64,000 nucleotides of DNA from Escherichia coli (GCF_048403405.1 NZ_CP183129.1), one strand, 5' to 3'; numbered from the stretch's first letter, positions 1 to 14,292 are shown. The notes: generated from the sequence alone by a model not told the origin. Made by a program: numbers and translations.

Positions 1-595
1 GGCACTGGTTGCAGTGGCGTGCCATACGCTGGCCGATTTTGTCGGCTTCCTGATTCTTGGCGGGTTGTCGATCATTGCCGCTATCACCTACACCGTGGGC
101 AATCGTCCTTATGGTTATATCGGTCTGGGTGATATTTCCGTACTGGTTTTCTTTGGCTGGTTGAGCGTCATGGGGAGCTGGTATTTACAGGCTCATACAT
201 TGATTCCGGCACTGATCCTTCCGGCGACCGCATGCGGCCTGTTGGCAACGGCAGTACTGAACATTAATAACCTGCGTGATATCAATAGCGACCGCGAAAA
301 TGGCAAAAACACGCTGGTGGTGCGCTTAGGTGAAGTGAACGCGCGTCGTTATCATGCCTGCCTGCTGATGGGCTCTCTGGTGTGCCTGGCGCTGTTTAAT
401 CTCTTTTCGCTGCATAGCCTGTGGGGCTGGCTGTTCCTGCTGGCGGCACCATTACTGGTGAAGCAAGCCCGTTATGTGATGCGGGAAATGGACCCGGTGG
501 CGATGCGACCGATGCTGGAACGCACTGTCAAGGGAGCGTTACTGACTAACCTGCTGTTTGTTTTAGGGATATTCCTAAGCCAGTGGGCAGCATAA
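1..595 (+). CDS. menA: 1,4-dihydroxy-2-naphthoate octaprenyltransferase MenA, C-terminal part (5' end lies outside window)
   Basis: Open frame runs from window start; hydrophobic UbiA-type membrane protein ending LSQWAA; conserved position upstream of rraA. Confidence 0.85.
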   Translation, partial: ALVAVACHTLADFVGFLILGGLSIIAAITYTVGNRPYGYIGLGDISVLVFFGWLSVMGSWYLQAHTLIPALILPATACGLLATAVLNINNLRDINSDRENGKNTLVVRLGEVNARRYHACLLMGSLVCLALFNLFSLHSLWGWLFLLAAPLLVKQARYVMREMDPVAMRPMLERTVKGALLTNLLFVLGIFLSQWAA

Positions 596-687
596 CTGAC
601 AAATATCAATTAACAATTGATGATTTTGCCAACAGCCTACATAGCGCGATATACTGAAAATTCTCGCAGCAACTGAATGTTAAGCCT

Positions 688-1173
688 ATGAAATACGATA
701 CTTCCGAGCTTTGTGACATCTATCAAGAAGATGTTAACGTCGTGGAACCGCTGTTCTCCAACTTTGGCGGACGGGCGTCGTTTGGCGGACAAATAATCAC
801 GGTAAAATGTTTCGAGGACAACGGGTTGCTGTACGATCTGCTCGAACAGAATGGCCGTGGTCGTGTTCTTGTCGTCGATGGCGGTGGTTCTGTTCGTCGC
901 GCACTGGTCGATGCTGAACTGGCGCGTCTGGCAGTACAAAATGAATGGGAAGGTCTGGTCATTTACGGCGCGGTGCGTCAGGTAGATGACCTGGAAGAGT
1001 TGGATATCGGCATCCAGGCGATGGCGGCAATTCCGGTTGGTGCCGCTGGCGAAGGCATTGGCGAAAGCGATGTCCGCGTCAATTTTGGCGGTGTCACCTT
1101 CTTCTCCGGCGACCATCTTTATGCCGACAATACCGGGATTATTCTTTCTGAAGATCCGTTGGATATTGAATGA
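688..1173 (+). CDS. rraA: RNase E regulator RraA (161 aa)
   Basis: Full-length translation matches RraA/MenG family, ATG start, synteny menA-rraA-zapB. Confidence 0.95.
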
Positions 1174-1176
1174 TAG

Positions 1177-1203
1177 AAAAGGCACCGCAAGGTGCCTTTT
1201 TTC
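1177..1203. terminator. Bidirectional rho-independent terminator shared by convergent rraA and zapB
   Basis: GGCACC-GCAA-GGTGCC stem flanked by an A-run upstream and T-run downstream. Confidence 0.7.
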
Positions 1204-1257
1204 TGCGTTACCTGTTGGCCTACACAGTAAAGAAATTACGCGAAAGATGAAGCGTAA

Positions 1258-1551
<294 letters not shown>

Positions 1552-1784
1552 TTACCGGTGACGCCTTAATAAATACGAGCGCACTTTAGTTAGCTCCGAT
1601 TGTATGAAGCCGCGCCATCGCTGTCCAGCGGCACGCCTTGCAGATTACGGTTTGCCACACTTTTCATCCTTCTCCTGGAGACATAATCCACACCAATCGA
1701 AAATGTTAATAAATTTGTTGCGTGAATGATCTAACAAACATGCATCATGTACAATCAGATGGAATAAATGGCGCGATAACGCTC

Positions 1785-1855
1785 ATTTTATGACGAAGCA
1801 CACACATTTTAAGTTCGATATTTCTCGTTTTTGCTCGTTAACGATAAGTTTACAG
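1785..1855 (+). promoter_or_regulatory. glpFKX promoter region with candidate CRP site (TGACGAAGCACACACA) and tandem GlpR-operator-like repeats (TTCGATATTTCTCG / TGCTCGTTAACGATAAG)
   Basis: Position upstream of glpF; half-site patterns resemble CRP and GlpR operators; coordinates approximate. Confidence 0.45.
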
Positions 1856-1927
1856 CATGCCTACAAGCATCGTGGAGGTCCGTGACTTTCACGCATACAA
1901 CAAACATTAACTCTTCAGGATCCGATT

Positions 1928-4304
<2,377 letters not shown>

Positions 4305-4309
4305 TGTAA

Positions 4310-4375
4310 ATGCCGGATGAAGCGTTTATGCCGCATCCGGTAGTCCTGAATCGTGCGGGGGCAACCCCGCACACA
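4310..4375. repeat. REP-type palindromic element plus adjacent GC hairpin in glpK-glpX spacer
   Basis: GCCGGATG...CGCATCCGG palindrome followed by CGTGCGGGGGCAACCCCGCACAC stem-loop. Confidence 0.6.
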
Positions 4376-4438
4376 TCAATAATCCCGCCCTTCCCCTGTG
4401 CTACACTTCGCGCCATTCCTTACTGCTTAGAGTTTGCT

Positions 4439-5449
4439 ATGAGACGAGAACTTGCCATCGAATTTTCCCGCGTCACCGAATCTGCGGCGCTGGCTGGCTA
4501 CAAATGGTTAGGACGCGGCGATAAAAACACCGCGGACGGCGCAGCGGTAAACGCCATGCGTATTATGCTCAACCAGGTCAACATTGACGGCACCATCGTT
4601 ATTGGTGAAGGTGAAATCGACGAAGCACCGATGCTCTACATTGGTGAAAAAGTCGGTACTGGTCGCGGCGACGCGGTAGATATTGCTGTTGATCCGATTG
4701 AAGGCACGCGCATGACGGCGATGGGCCAGGCTAACGCGCTGGCGGTGCTGGCAGTAGGCGATAAAGGCTGTTTCCTCAACGCGCCAGATATGTATATGGA
4801 GAAGCTGATCGTCGGACCGGGAGCCAAAGGCACCATTGATCTGAACCTGCCGCTGGCGGATAACCTGCGCAATGTAGCGGCGGCGCTCGGCAAACCGTTG
4901 AGCGAACTGACGGTAACGATTCTGGCTAAACCACGCCACGATGCCGTTATCGCTGAAATGCAGCAACTCGGCGTACGCGTATTTGCTATTCCGGATGGCG
5001 ACGTTGCGGCCTCAATTCTCACCTGTATGCCAGACAGCGAAGTTGACGTGCTGTACGGTATTGGTGGCGCGCCGGAAGGCGTGGTTTCTGCGGCGGTGAT
5101 CCGCGCATTAGATGGTGACATGAACGGTCGTCTGCTGGCGCGTCATGACGTCAAAGGCGACAACGAAGAGAATCGTCGCATTGGCGAGCAGGAGCTGGCA
5201 CGCTGCAAAGCAATGGGCATCGAAGCCGGTAAAGTATTACGTCTGGGCGATATGGCACGCAGCGATAACGTCATCTTTTCTGCCACCGGTATTACCAAAG
5301 GCGATCTGCTGGAAGGCATTAGCCGCAAAGGCAATATCGCGACTACCGAAACGCTGCTGATCCGCGGCAAGTCACGCACCATTCGCCGCATTCAGTCCAT
5401 CCACTATCTGGATCGCAAAGACCCGGAAATGCAGGTGCACATTCTCTGA
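4439..5449 (+). CDS. glpX: Class II fructose-1,6-bisphosphatase GlpX (336 aa)
   Basis: Translation from MRRELAIEFSRVTESAALAGYKW matches GlpX; length and synteny. Confidence 0.95.
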   Translation: MRRELAIEFSRVTESAALAGYKWLGRGDKNTADGAAVNAMRIMLNQVNIDGTIVIGEGEIDEAPMLYIGEKVGTGRGDAVDIAVDPIEGTRMTAMGQANALAVLAVGDKGCFLNAPDMYMEKLIVGPGAKGTIDLNLPLADNLRNVAAALGKPLSELTVTILAKPRHDAVIAEMQQLGVRVFAIPDGDVAASILTCMPDSEVDVLYGIGGAPEGVVSAAVIRALDGDMNGRLLARHDVKGDNEENRRIGEQELARCKAMGIEAGKVLRLGDMARSDNVIFSATGITKGDLLEGISRKGNIATTETLLIRGKSRTIRRIQSIHYLDRKDPEMQVHIL

Positions 5450-5467
5450 GTGATTTGATCGATTGAG

Positions 5468-5497
5468 CCTTCCAGTCCTTCGGGACTGGAATTTTTT
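5468..5497 (+). terminator. Rho-independent terminator after glpX
   Basis: CCAGTCC-TTCG-GGACTGG stem followed by T7 run. Confidence 0.75.
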
Positions 5498-5545
5498 TGT
5501 TCGGAGAACGAAGATAAGGCAAGTCAATCAAAACAGGAGAAAAAC

Positions 5546-6292
5546 ATGGCTGATTGGGTAACAGGCAAAGTCACTAAAGTGCAGAACTGGACCGACGCCC
5601 TGTTTAGTCTCACCGTTCACGCCCCCGTGCTTCCGTTTACCGCCGGGCAATTCACCAAGCTTGGCCTTGAAATTGACGGCGAACGCGTCCAGCGCGCCTA
5701 CTCCTATGTTAACTCGCCCGATAATCCGGATCTGGAGTTTTACCTGGTCACCGTCCCCGATGGCAAATTAAGCCCGCGACTGGCGGCACTGAAACCGGGC
5801 GATGAAGTGCAGGTGGTTAGCGAAGCCGCTGGCTTCTTTGTTCTGGATGAAGTACCAGATTGCGAAACGCTATGGATGCTGGCAACCGGTACAGCGATTG
5901 GCCCTTATTTATCGATTCTGCAACTGGGCAAAGATTTAGATCGCTTCAAAAATCTGGTCCTGGTTCACGCCGCACGTTATGCCGCCGACTTAAGCTATTT
6001 GCCACTGATGCAAGAACTGGAAAAACGCTACGAAGGCAAACTGCGCATTCAGACGGTGGTCAGTCGGGAAACGTCGGCGGGATCGCTCACCGGGCGGATA
6101 CCGGCGTTAATTGAAAGTGGTGAACTGGAAAGCGCGGTTGGCCTGCCGATGAATAAAGAAACCAGCCATGTGATGCTGTGCGGCAATCCACAGATGGTGC
6201 GCGATACGCAACAGTTACTGAAAGAGACCCGGCAGATGACGAAACATTTACGTCGCCGACCGGGCCATATGACAGCGGAGCATTACTGGTAA
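5546..6292 (+). CDS. fpr: Ferredoxin/flavodoxin-NADP+ reductase Fpr (248 aa)
   Basis: Translation MADWVTGKVTKVQNWTDALFSL... matches Fpr; FAD/NAD-binding reductase. Confidence 0.95.
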   Translation: MADWVTGKVTKVQNWTDALFSLTVHAPVLPFTAGQFTKLGLEIDGERVQRAYSYVNSPDNPDLEFYLVTVPDGKLSPRLAALKPGDEVQVVSEAAGFFVLDEVPDCETLWMLATGTAIGPYLSILQLGKDLDRFKNLVLVHAARYAADLSYLPLMQELEKRYEGKLRIQTVVSRETSAGSLTGRIPALIESGELESAVGLPMNKETSHVMLCGNPQMVRDTQQLLKETRQMTKHLRRRPGHMTAEHYW

Positions 6293-6296
6293 GCGG

Positions 6297-6725
6297 TTAC
6301 TTATCGATAAACGGCACGATGAGCAAATCCGCACTCAACTTATTGATCATCCCGCGATATGCCGGCATCAAACGGTTGATAAATGAGTGGTGATGACCAC
6401 AGACAAGGAGGTCGCACTGCTCTTTTTGCATAATTTCCAGCAGTGTTTCCGGCATTTCTCCGCGTTCAATACGCAGTTTTGTCTTCGGCCATTGAATATT
6501 TTTCGTCAGTTTATACAGCTTGTTATCCGACTTATTCTTCAACAATTGAAGAATATCTTCTGTTGCAGGGAAGTAGATACCCGGATACAACTCGCTTAAG
6601 CCATCATCAATATGAATTAACGTCAGGTGAGCGTCATTATGTCTGGCGAGCTCCAGGGCTTTATTCACCAGTAAGGCATCTTCTTCATTCCCGGAAATTG
6701 CCACGCCAATGTGTTTATAAGCCAT
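6297..6725 (-). CDS. uspD: Universal stress protein D (142 aa)
   Basis: UspA-family translation [40 protein letters not shown]... Confidence 0.93.
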   Translation of the reverse strand: MAYKHIGVAISGNEEDALLVNKALELARHNDAHLTLIHIDDGLSELYPGIYFPATEDILQLLKNKSDNKLYKLTKNIQWPKTKLRIERGEMPETLLEIMQKEQCDLLVCGHHHSFINRLMPAYRGMINKLSADLLIVPFIDK

Positions 6726-6751
6726 GTTTAACTCCTTCTAAAGCAACTCCA

Positions 6752-7051
6752 TCAAGCTAACGAACGCAGTGATAACTCAAAAATAATCATCTCGGCCTGG
6801 CATGAGAAGGTGAAGGCCGCATCAAGCTCAACTTGCCCTTCCAGATCCTTAATCTTATAGGCCACGCTGGCCCCTTCATCTGCAGAGGATGCAGCGGCGG
6901 CAAGCTCTTTCAGTTTGGTCATAAAGGACTCTGCTTCTTCGCGGGTGGCAAAAAAACGCGAAAACTTACTGGTACAGTTGTCGTTATCAATCACCGTACC
7001 GATATCAATCGCACATCCTTTAGTACTGCATTTATCTACGACATCTTTCAT
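6752..7051 (-). CDS. yiiS: Small conserved protein YiiS (DUF406 type, 99 aa)
   Basis: Length and synteny between uspD and yiiR; translation consistent with YiiS. Confidence 0.85.
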   Translation of the reverse strand: MKDVVDKCSTKGCAIDIGTVIDNDNCTSKFSRFFATREEAESFMTKLKELAAAASSADEGASVAYKIKDLEGQVELDAAFTFSCQAEMIIFELSLRSLA

Positions 7052-7262
7052 AGGGCACCTCTGTATATTCGCCTCTCTGTCGATTACGACTTAAGAATAA
7101 TGCGCCGTTAAGGGAAGAACAAACAAGTAATGATCTTATGGATTACCATTTTTTTTGATATTGCTTAAGGTGAAGAGTTCAGAAGGATTTTCCGGGCATT
7201 GTCATTTGCATCGTGGAAATAACAATCCCGGAAAAAAATAGCAGTAAGAGATATATTAAAGG

Positions 7263-7703
7263 TTAATTACTTGATTTATTGTCGGCTTTATACTTCACAT
7301 CCTGGGTATCTTTACCATATTTATTTTCGCCTTGTGTGCCAACAAACGCACCAAGATCGATAAGCATCATCACCAGAATCAACGTCGGGACAAAACGCCC
7401 TACCGCCCATTGCCAGACACCCGGTAAAATCGCCCAGTTACCCGCCAGTAGCATCCACGCCACAATCATCAGAAATGCCCATGCGCCGGAACGCCCGCGA
7501 TCATGCAAGCGCTTAACGGTTACTGCCGCTGTTGGCCAGAGCAAGCACACAAGGCAAAACGCCGCAGTCTGAATATCGAGTAAATTTTTACCCGCCAGTG
7601 AGAAAAGCACCAGCATGCCTGCGAACCACAGGCCTATCCAAATCCAGAAATCACGGCGTCCAATACGCCCTTTAAATGAGAATAACCATTGCTGTATGGT
7701 CAT
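7263..7703 (-). CDS. yiiR: Inner membrane protein YiiR (DUF805, 146 aa)
   Basis: Multi-pass hydrophobic protein; synteny. Confidence 0.85.
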   Translation of the reverse strand: MTIQQWLFSFKGRIGRRDFWIWIGLWFAGMLVLFSLAGKNLLDIQTAAFCLVCLLWPTAAVTVKRLHDRGRSGAWAFLMIVAWMLLAGNWAILPGVWQWAVGRFVPTLILVMMLIDLGAFVGTQGENKYGKDTQDVKYKADNKSSN

Positions 7704-7803
7704 GTAAGTTCCTTGATGGTTGTCTTTTCCAGGATTCTACCCTTTTGACAAGGGCGACAGATATCGTTTTAATCGGAGCCAGTCATAACAAAAGGTACTG
7801 TCA

Positions 7804-8403
7804 ATGAAGCCAGGGTGTACGCTGTTTTTTCTCTTATGTTCTGCATTAACCGTTACAACAACGGCGCATGCACAAACACCAGATACGGCAACGACCGCGC
7901 CTTATCTGCTGGCTGGAGCCCCTACTTTCGATCTCTCCATCAGCCAGTTTCGAGAAGACTTTAACAGCCAGAATCCCAGCCTGCCACTGAACGAATTTCG
8001 TGCCATCGACAGCAGTCCCGACAAAGCCAATCTCACTCGTGCTGCAAGTAAAATTAATGAGAACTTGTATGCTTCTACAGCGCTGGAGCGCGGTACCTTA
8101 AAAATCAAAAGCATTCAAATGACCTGGCTACCCATCCAGGGGCCAGAGCAAAAAGCCGCGAAAGCGAAAGCTCAGGAATACATGGCAGCGGTGATCCGCA
8201 CACTCACCCCATTAATGACCAAAACACAAAGCCAGAAAAAACTGCAGTCGCTACTAACGGCGGGGAAAAACAAACGTTATTACACCGAGACCGAAGGTGC
8301 ACTGCGTTATGTTGTCGCGGACAACGGCGAAAAGGGGCTGACCTTCGCTGTTGAACCGATTAAGCTGGCGCTATCTGAATCGCTTGAAGGTTTGAATAAA
8401 TGA
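7804..8403 (+). CDS. yiiQ: Secreted/periplasmic protein YiiQ (199 aa)
   Basis: N-terminal signal peptide (MKPGCTLFFLLCSALTVTTTAHA); synteny upstream of tpiA. Confidence 0.85.
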   Translation: MKPGCTLFFLLCSALTVTTTAHAQTPDTATTAPYLLAGAPTFDLSISQFREDFNSQNPSLPLNEFRAIDSSPDKANLTRAASKINENLYASTALERGTLKIKSIQMTWLPIQGPEQKAAKAKAQEYMAAVIRTLTPLMTKTQSQKKLQSLLTAGKNKRYYTETEGALRYVVADNGEKGLTFAVEPIKLALSESLEGLNK

Positions 8404-8510
8404 CAAAAAGCAAAGCCTTTGTGCCGATGAATCTCTATACTGTTTCACAGACCTGCTGCCCTGCGGGGCGGCCATCTTCCTTTATTCGCTTATAAGCGTG
8501 GAGAATTAAA

Positions 8511-9278
8511 ATGCGACATCCTTTAGTGATGGGTAACTGGAAACTGAACGGCAGCCGCCACATGGTTCACGAGCTGGTTTCTAACCTGCGTAAAGAGCTG
8601 GCAGGTGTTGCTGGCTGTGCGGTTGCAATCGCACCACCGGAAATGTACATCGATATGGCGAAGCGTGAAGCTGAAGGCAGCCACATCATGCTGGGTGCGC
8701 AAAACGTGGACCTGAACCTGTCCGGCGCATTCACCGGTGAAACCTCTGCTGCTATGCTGAAAGACATCGGCGCACAGTACATCATCATCGGCCACTCTGA
8801 ACGTCGTACTTACCACAAAGAGTCTGACGAACTGATCGCGAAAAAATTCGCGGTGCTGAAAGAGCAGGGTCTGACTCCGGTTCTGTGCATCGGTGAAACC
8901 GAAGCTGAAAACGAAGCGGGCAAAACTGAAGAAGTTTGTGCACGTCAGATCGACGCGGTACTGAAAACTCAGGGTGCTGCAGCATTCGAAGGTGCGGTAA
9001 TCGCTTACGAACCAGTATGGGCAATCGGTACTGGCAAATCTGCAACTCCGGCGCAGGCACAGGTTGTTCACAAATTCATCCGTGACCACATCGCTAAAGT
9101 TGACGCTAACATCGCTGAACAAGTGATCATCCAGTACGGCGGCTCTGTAAACGCGTCTAACGCTGCAGAACTGTTTGCTCAGCCAGACATCGACGGCGCG
9201 CTGGTTGGCGGTGCTTCTCTGAAAGCTGACGCTTTCGCAGTGATCGTTAAAGCTGCAGAAGCGGCTAAACAGGCTTAA
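8511..9278 (+). CDS. tpiA: Triosephosphate isomerase (255 aa)
   Basis: Classic TIM translation including [17 protein letters not shown] and GGASLK motifs. Confidence 0.98.
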   Translation: MRHPLVMGNWKLNGSRHMVHELVSNLRKELAGVAGCAVAIAPPEMYIDMAKREAEGSHIMLGAQNVDLNLSGAFTGETSAAMLKDIGAQYIIIGHSERRTYHKESDELIAKKFAVLKEQGLTPVLCIGETEAENEAGKTEEVCARQIDAVLKTQGAAAFEGAVIAYEPVWAIGTGKSATPAQAQVVHKFIRDHIAKVDANIAEQVIIQYGGSVNASNAAELFAQPDIDGALVGGASLKADAFAVIVKAAEAAKQA

Positions 9279-9288
9279 GTCTGACAGG

Positions 9289-9312
9289 TGCCGGATTTCA
9301 TATCCGGCACTT
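9289..9312. terminator. Stem-loop between convergent tpiA and cdh (putative terminator)
   Basis: GTGCCGGAT-ttcat-ATCCGGCAC perfect inverted repeat; weak flanking T-run. Confidence 0.5.
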
Positions 9313-9332
9313 ACTTTCCTTAACTCCTCGCC

Positions 9333-10088
9333 TTAACGCAAAATCTCACACTGATGATCCTGAATTTCCTCGGCTGAAGCACGGTTAAGCGTCAGTAGAT
9401 TTCGTTGTGTCGCCAGCAATACAAATGAGTTATCACTCTGCCGTACCATCGCCAGCCCGTAGCTTCCCATATGTTCCCGCGCCTCAGGTACTTCTTCTGC
9501 CAGCATCATAAATGGACTGCGTTGTACCAGTTCGCTTTCCGTTACCCGACGCGCCAGGTATTCATGCCCGCGCAAACCACCTGGCAGTGGCAACCAGCGG
9601 CTGCTGATGTTCGCCAGATTGTTATCCAGCTGTTCGCGCACATCAGGACGAATACAAGAGATATGAATATGAAAATGGTTTTGCGTACGCCCGGTGCGGG
9701 AGTTGATCGCCAAAGAAACCGCGCGATCGGGAACCGGCTGGCCGTATTTTTTGCTCATAAAATCACGCGCCTGCCAGGCCAACCAAAAGAAGTTCGGCGT
9801 TGAAGGATCGGTCAACAAAGGACTTTCAGTACCGTTAATACGATACGTTGGCATCAACAGATATTGCAGTGGGCCATTAAGATCTTTTAAAACCACGTAT
9901 CCGGCATTGGGTTTGACTTCCGCACATGGCGAAGGATTTTGATTTTGCTGTTGATTGGGCAAACATTCCTCAAGGACAATCTTACGTAATGTATCCGACT
10001 CTTCACCGGTTAATTTCCAGTAACCAATACCGGCAGCCACAACGGCGATAACTATCATCACCAAAAAAAGAAGACCCGCTTTTTTCAT
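9333..10088 (-). CDS. cdh: CDP-diacylglycerol pyrophosphatase Cdh (251 aa)
   Basis: Translation from [29 protein letters not shown] at 10088 chosen within longer ORF; synteny. Confidence 0.9.
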   Translation of the reverse strand: MKKAGLLFLVMIVIAVVAAGIGYWKLTGEESDTLRKIVLEECLPNQQQNQNPSPCAEVKPNAGYVVLKDLNGPLQYLLMPTYRINGTESPLLTDPSTPNFFWLAWQARDFMSKKYGQPVPDRAVSLAINSRTGRTQNHFHIHISCIRPDVREQLDNNLANISSRWLPLPGGLRGHEYLARRVTESELVQRSPFMMLAEEVPEAREHMGSYGLAMVRQSDNSFVLLATQRNLLTLNRASAEEIQDHQCEILR

Positions 10089-10140
10089 CTTTTTTTCCCT
10101 GTACCTCAAAGAGATGCAAGGGTAACGCAAAATCGTGACA

Positions 10141-10176
10141 AATAAAAAACCCGGTCGCGAGAAACCACCGGGTTTG
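10141..10176 (-). terminator. Rho-independent terminator downstream of sbp
   Basis: On minus strand AAACCCGGTGG...CGACCGGGTTTTTT hairpin with T-run. Confidence 0.65.
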
Positions 10177-10194
10177 ATAATTATCCTGGGGAAA

Positions 10195-11184
10195 TCAGCG
10201 TTTGCTGATCTGATCGAACGTACCGCCGTTAGCAAAATGCTCTTTTTGCGCTTTCGTCCAGCCGCCGAACTCTTCATCAATGGTGAATAACTTCAATTTT
10301 GGAAACGCATTTTCGTACTTTTTCGCTACCTCAGCGTCGCGCGGACGGTAGTAGTTTTTCGCGGCAATTTCCTGACCTTCTGGCGAGTAGAGATATTTCA
10401 GATAGGCTTCCGCCACCTCTTTGGTGCCTTTTTTCTCGACCACTTTATCGACCACCGACACGGTTGGCTCTGCGAGGATAGACTCACTCGGCGTAACGAT
10501 TTCGAATTTATCTTTCCCCAGTTCATTCGCTGCCAGCAGAGCTTCGTTTTCCCAGGCGATCAGTACATCGCCAATTCCGCGCTCGACAAAAGTGTTAGTG
10601 GAGCCGCGCGCGCCAGAATCCAGAACTTCGACGTTTTTATACAGTGCCCGAACAAAATCCTGTGCTTTTGCCTGATCGTTGTTGTTGTGATGCAGCGCGT
10701 AGCCCCAGGCTGCCAGGTAGTTCCAGCGCGCGCCACCAGAGCTTTTCGGATTAGGCGTGATCACCGAAACACCCGGTTTAATCAGATCGTTCCAGTCATG
10801 GATCTGCTTCGGATTGCCCTTACGCACCAGGAAAACAATGGTGGAAGTGTACGGTGCGGAGTTATCCGGCAGACGTTTGATCCACTCTTTATCAATCCGC
10901 CCGCGTTCCGCAATCGCGTCCACGTCATAGGCCAGAGCCAGAGTGACAACATCAGCTTCAATACCATTGATTACCGACGTCGCTTGTTTGCCTGAACCAC
11001 CGTGTGACTGACGAATCACCACGTTATCGCCAGTTTGCTGTTTCCAGTGGGCGCTGAATGCCTTGTTGTACTGTTCGTACAATTCGCGCGTTGGATCATA
11101 TGAAACGTTAAGAAGCTGAATATCCTTTGCCATAACGCTGGTTGCCGCCAGCAAAAATGTTAACCCTACGCCCCACTTGTTCAT
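10195..11184 (-). CDS. sbp: Periplasmic sulfate-binding protein Sbp (329 aa)
   Basis: Signal peptide plus sulfate/thiosulfate-binding protein family translation. Confidence 0.95.
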
Positions 11185-11295
11185 CGCCCGACTCTCTTAT
11201 GTTGTGTTGTGATGAGCAAAGCGTGCCAGAAGGTTAACCAAACATTAAAGAATAAAAAAAGATTGGCTATAACTTGCGGGTATATGTTGAGGGAT

Positions 11296-11322
11296 TAAAA
11301 AGGCGGAAGAAATCCGCCTCAT
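11296..11322 (-). terminator. Hairpin with T-run distal to the pfkA REP cluster
   Basis: GGCGGAAGAAATCCGCC stem; on minus strand followed by TTTTT. Confidence 0.5.
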
Positions 11323-11346
11323 ATTGCTGACAAAGTGCGCTTTATC

Positions 11347-11448
11347 GATGCCGGATGCGGCGCGAACGCCTTATCAGGCCTACAAAAGTTTGCAAATTCA
11401 ATAAATTGCAGAATTCACGTAGGCCTGATAAGCGAAGCGCATCAGGCA
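11347..11448. repeat. BIME: two inverted REP elements downstream of pfkA
   Basis: GATGCCGGATGCGGCGCGAACGCCTTATCAGGCCTAC and inverted GTAGGCCTGATAAGCGAAGCGCATCAGGC. Confidence 0.85.
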
Positions 11449-11503
11449 TTTTTGCTTCTGTCATCGGTTTCAGGCTAAAGGAATCTGCCTTTTTCCGAAA
11501 TCA

Positions 11504-12466
11504 TTAATACAGTTTTTTCGCGCAGTCCAGCCAGTCGCCTTTGAACGGACGCTTCATGTTTTCGATAGCGTCGATGATGTCGTGGTGAACCAGCTGTTCG
11601 TTCTGGATACCTACGCAACGACCGCCGTAACCTGCCAGCAGCAGATCGATAGCGTAAGCGCCCATACGGGAAGCCAGAATACGGTCGTAAGGCACCGGAG
11701 AACCACCGCGCTGGATGTGGCCCAGCACAGTTGCGCGGGTTTCACGACCGGTTTCTTTCTCGATGAAATGCGCCAGTTCGTCAACATCACACATATGTTC
11801 GGTAATCGCCACGATCGCGTGTTTTTTACCTTTCGCGATACCCGCTTTGATTTCGTTTACCAGGTCTTCACGGCTGAATTCAACTTCCGGAACTACAACG
11901 AATTCACAGCCACCGGCAATGGCCGCAGCCAGGGTCAGATCGCCACAATAACGACCCATCACTTCCACCACGGAAATACGCTGGTGAGAAGAAGAGGTAT
12001 CACGCAGACGGTCGATCGCTTCTACAACGGTGCTCAGCGCAGTGAAGAAACCGATAGTGTAGTCAGTGCCTTTGATGTCGTTGTCGATAGTGCCAGGCAG
12101 ACCGATGCACGGGAAGCCCATTTCGGTCAGACGCATTGCACCCATGTAGGAACCGTCACCGCCGATAACCACCAGCGCGTCGATACCACGTTTTTTCAGG
12201 TTTTCGATAGCCACGGCGCGGATGTTCTCGTCGCGGAATTCCGGGAAACGCGCAGAACCGAGGAACGTACCACCACGGTTGATCATGTCAGACACGCTGT
12301 AACGGTCTAGCTGTACCATACGGTCTTCATACAGACCCAGATAGCCGTCATAAATGCCCATTACTTCCAGACCTTCTGTCAGCGCAGAACGAACAACCCC
12401 GCGAATTGCGGCGTTCATGCCTGGCGCATCACCGCCGCTTGTCAACACACCGATTTTCTTAATCAT
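11504..12466 (-). CDS. pfkA: 6-phosphofructokinase I (320 aa)
   Basis: Translation from [29 protein letters not shown] is canonical PfkA. Confidence 0.98.
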
Positions 12467-12646
12467 GACTACCTCTGAACTTTGGAATGCAAAATGAAAT
12501 CTGTTGCCGGAAGTCTTCTTGCACATCGAAGTGATCCAACGAATGTGCAAATAGTATAACAATCACTTCCTGCTGAATTGATTCAGGTCAGGCCAAATGG
12601 CGGTATTTTATACACAAAATGCGGGTCTGGCTCTCTTTTATACTGA

Positions 12647-13549
12647 TTATGAAAGCATAGACCGTTTACCCTCCCTGGGTACGACGGAACAGGGGTCCTG
12701 ATGGATAATCACATCCGATCCCGGAAAACGCCGTAAAATAGCCTGCTCTACCTGATCCGCCACCATATGTGCCTGAACCAAAGGCAGAGAGTCTTCCATT
12801 TCCAAATGAATCTGAATAAAGCGGGTCGGCCCTGACTGCCGCGTGCGAAGATCGTGAGCGCCGCTAACACCCGGCCAGGAAGTCACGATATCAATAATTT
12901 CTTGCCGTTCTTCATCAGGCAATGCGCGATCCAGTAATGACTGTACCGCCTCATATCCCATGCGTAACGCGCTATATAAAATATAGATGCCGATTCCCAA
13001 TGCAAACAGAGCATCGGCGCGATGCCAGCCATACCAGGACAACCCCAGCGCCAGCAGAATTGCGCCGTTCATCATAACATCAGACTGGTAATGTAGCATA
13101 TCAGCCCGCACCGCCTGGCTTTGCGTCCGGCGCACCACCCACCGCTGAAACGAGACAAGGATAATCGTACAAATTAGCGCCACAATTGTCACGATAACCC
13201 CGACGCCTGGATCTGTCATCGGTGTTGGAGATACCAGATGTTGAATACCCGTCAAAAAGAGGAATAGTGCCGAACCGGAGATAAACATACTTTGCGCCAG
13301 CGCCGCGAGGGACTCAGCTTTACCGTGACCAAACGAGTGATTATCGTCGGCAGGTTGCAGGGAATATCGCACCACCAGTAAATTCGTCAACGACGCGCCG
13401 ATATCCACCAGCGAATCCACCAGCGCGGCGAGAATACTCACCGACCCGGTATACCACCATGCAAAAATTTTAATCAGCAATAGCAGCGAAGCCATCGCCG
13501 TCGCAGCAATCGCCGCCCGACTGACCAGCCGTCCATAAGATTGATTCAT
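12647..13549 (-). CDS. fieF: Cation diffusion facilitator FieF/YiiP (300 aa)
   Basis: Translation from [49 protein letters not shown]... CDF family. Confidence 0.95.
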   Translation of the reverse strand: MNQSYGRLVSRAAIAATAMASLLLLIKIFAWWYTGSVSILAALVDSLVDIGASLTNLLVVRYSLQPADDNHSFGHGKAESLAALAQSMFISGSALFLFLTGIQHLVSPTPMTDPGVGVIVTIVALICTIILVSFQRWVVRRTQSQAVRADMLHYQSDVMMNGAILLALGLSWYGWHRADALFALGIGIYILYSALRMGYEAVQSLLDRALPDEERQEIIDIVTSWPGVSGAHDLRTRQSGPTRFIQIHLEMEDSLPLVQAHMVADQVEQAILRRFPGSDVIIHQDPCSVVPREGKRSMLS

Positions 13550-13630
13550 AAATACTCCCGCTATCAACTGACGCTAGTATAACGGAAGCAAATCATCTGC
13601 AATGCATTAAGCAGCAGGCAAATTGAGGAT

Positions 13631-13657
13631 AAAAAAAACCCCCACATCATGTGGGGG
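13631..13657 (-). terminator. Rho-independent terminator downstream of cpxP
   Basis: CCCCCACATCATGTGGGGG stem with 8-nt T-run on minus strand. Confidence 0.75.
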
Positions 13658-13697
13658 AAGACAGGGATGGTGTCTATGGCAAGGAAAACAGGGTTTA

Positions 13698-14198
13698 CTA
13701 CTGGGAACGTGAGTTGCTACTACTCAATAGCTTCAACGATGAACTTTTTTGCCATTGCGTCACGTCGCGCAACTGCTCCATTCGTTGTTGATGTTTCTCG
13801 TTTAAAACCGCTTGCTGCTCCGGCGTTAACAGGCGATACATTTGGTTGCGGACTTTTGCCATCTCAACCTGACGAGCAATTTGCTCATTCGCCATTTTTT
13901 CTGCCTGCGCGCGCACAGCGTTTTCATCAAAATTTTCTGCGGTGACAAGGCGATGCATTGTCTCCAGTTCGCTAACATTAACAGGAGGCTGTTCGTGCCG
14001 GGCCTGTTGCATAAGATCTCGCATCTGCTGACGCTGATGTTCGGTTAAACTTATGCCGTCGAACATATGGCTCTGCGTACTGCGCTGCGTAAGTTCTTCA
14101 CCCGGATGCCAGTTATCGCCTGAACCGACTTCAGCAGCGTGGCTTAATGAACTGACTGCCAGCGTTGAGGCCATGACGGCAGCGGTAACTATGCGCAT
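13698..14198 (-). CDS. cpxP: Periplasmic Cpx pathway inhibitor/adaptor CpxP (166 aa)
   Basis: Signal peptide; LTxxQ-type helical protein; divergent from cpxRA. Confidence 0.93.
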
Positions 14199-14277
14199 CA
14201 TTTGCTCCCAAAATCTTTCTGTCGCGATTCAACGATAGAGAGTTTACGATTCAGGCTGCAAACATGCGTCAGGGGGT

Positions 14278-14292
14278 GTAAAACAACGTAAA
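14278..14292. promoter_or_regulatory. CpxR-P binding box in divergent cpxP/cpxRA promoter region
   Basis: GTAAA-N5-GTAAA direct repeat (GTAAAACAACGTAAA) in the 149-bp cpxP-cpxR intergenic region. Confidence 0.7.

Noticed and set aside
8523-9122. 199-aa minus-strand ORF antisense to tpiA
   Set aside because: Fully embedded in tpiA on the opposite strand; low-complexity translation; tpiA call is unambiguous
9333-10280. 315-aa extended cdh ORF overlapping the sbp terminator region
   Set aside because: The N-terminal 64 codons lack cdh-like sequence; ATG at 10088 directly precedes the signal/anchor segment [13 protein letters not shown] and gives the expected 251 aa
11582-12310. 242-aa plus-strand ORF antisense to pfkA
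   Set aside because: Shadow ORF of pfkA; Arg/Thr-rich artefactual translation
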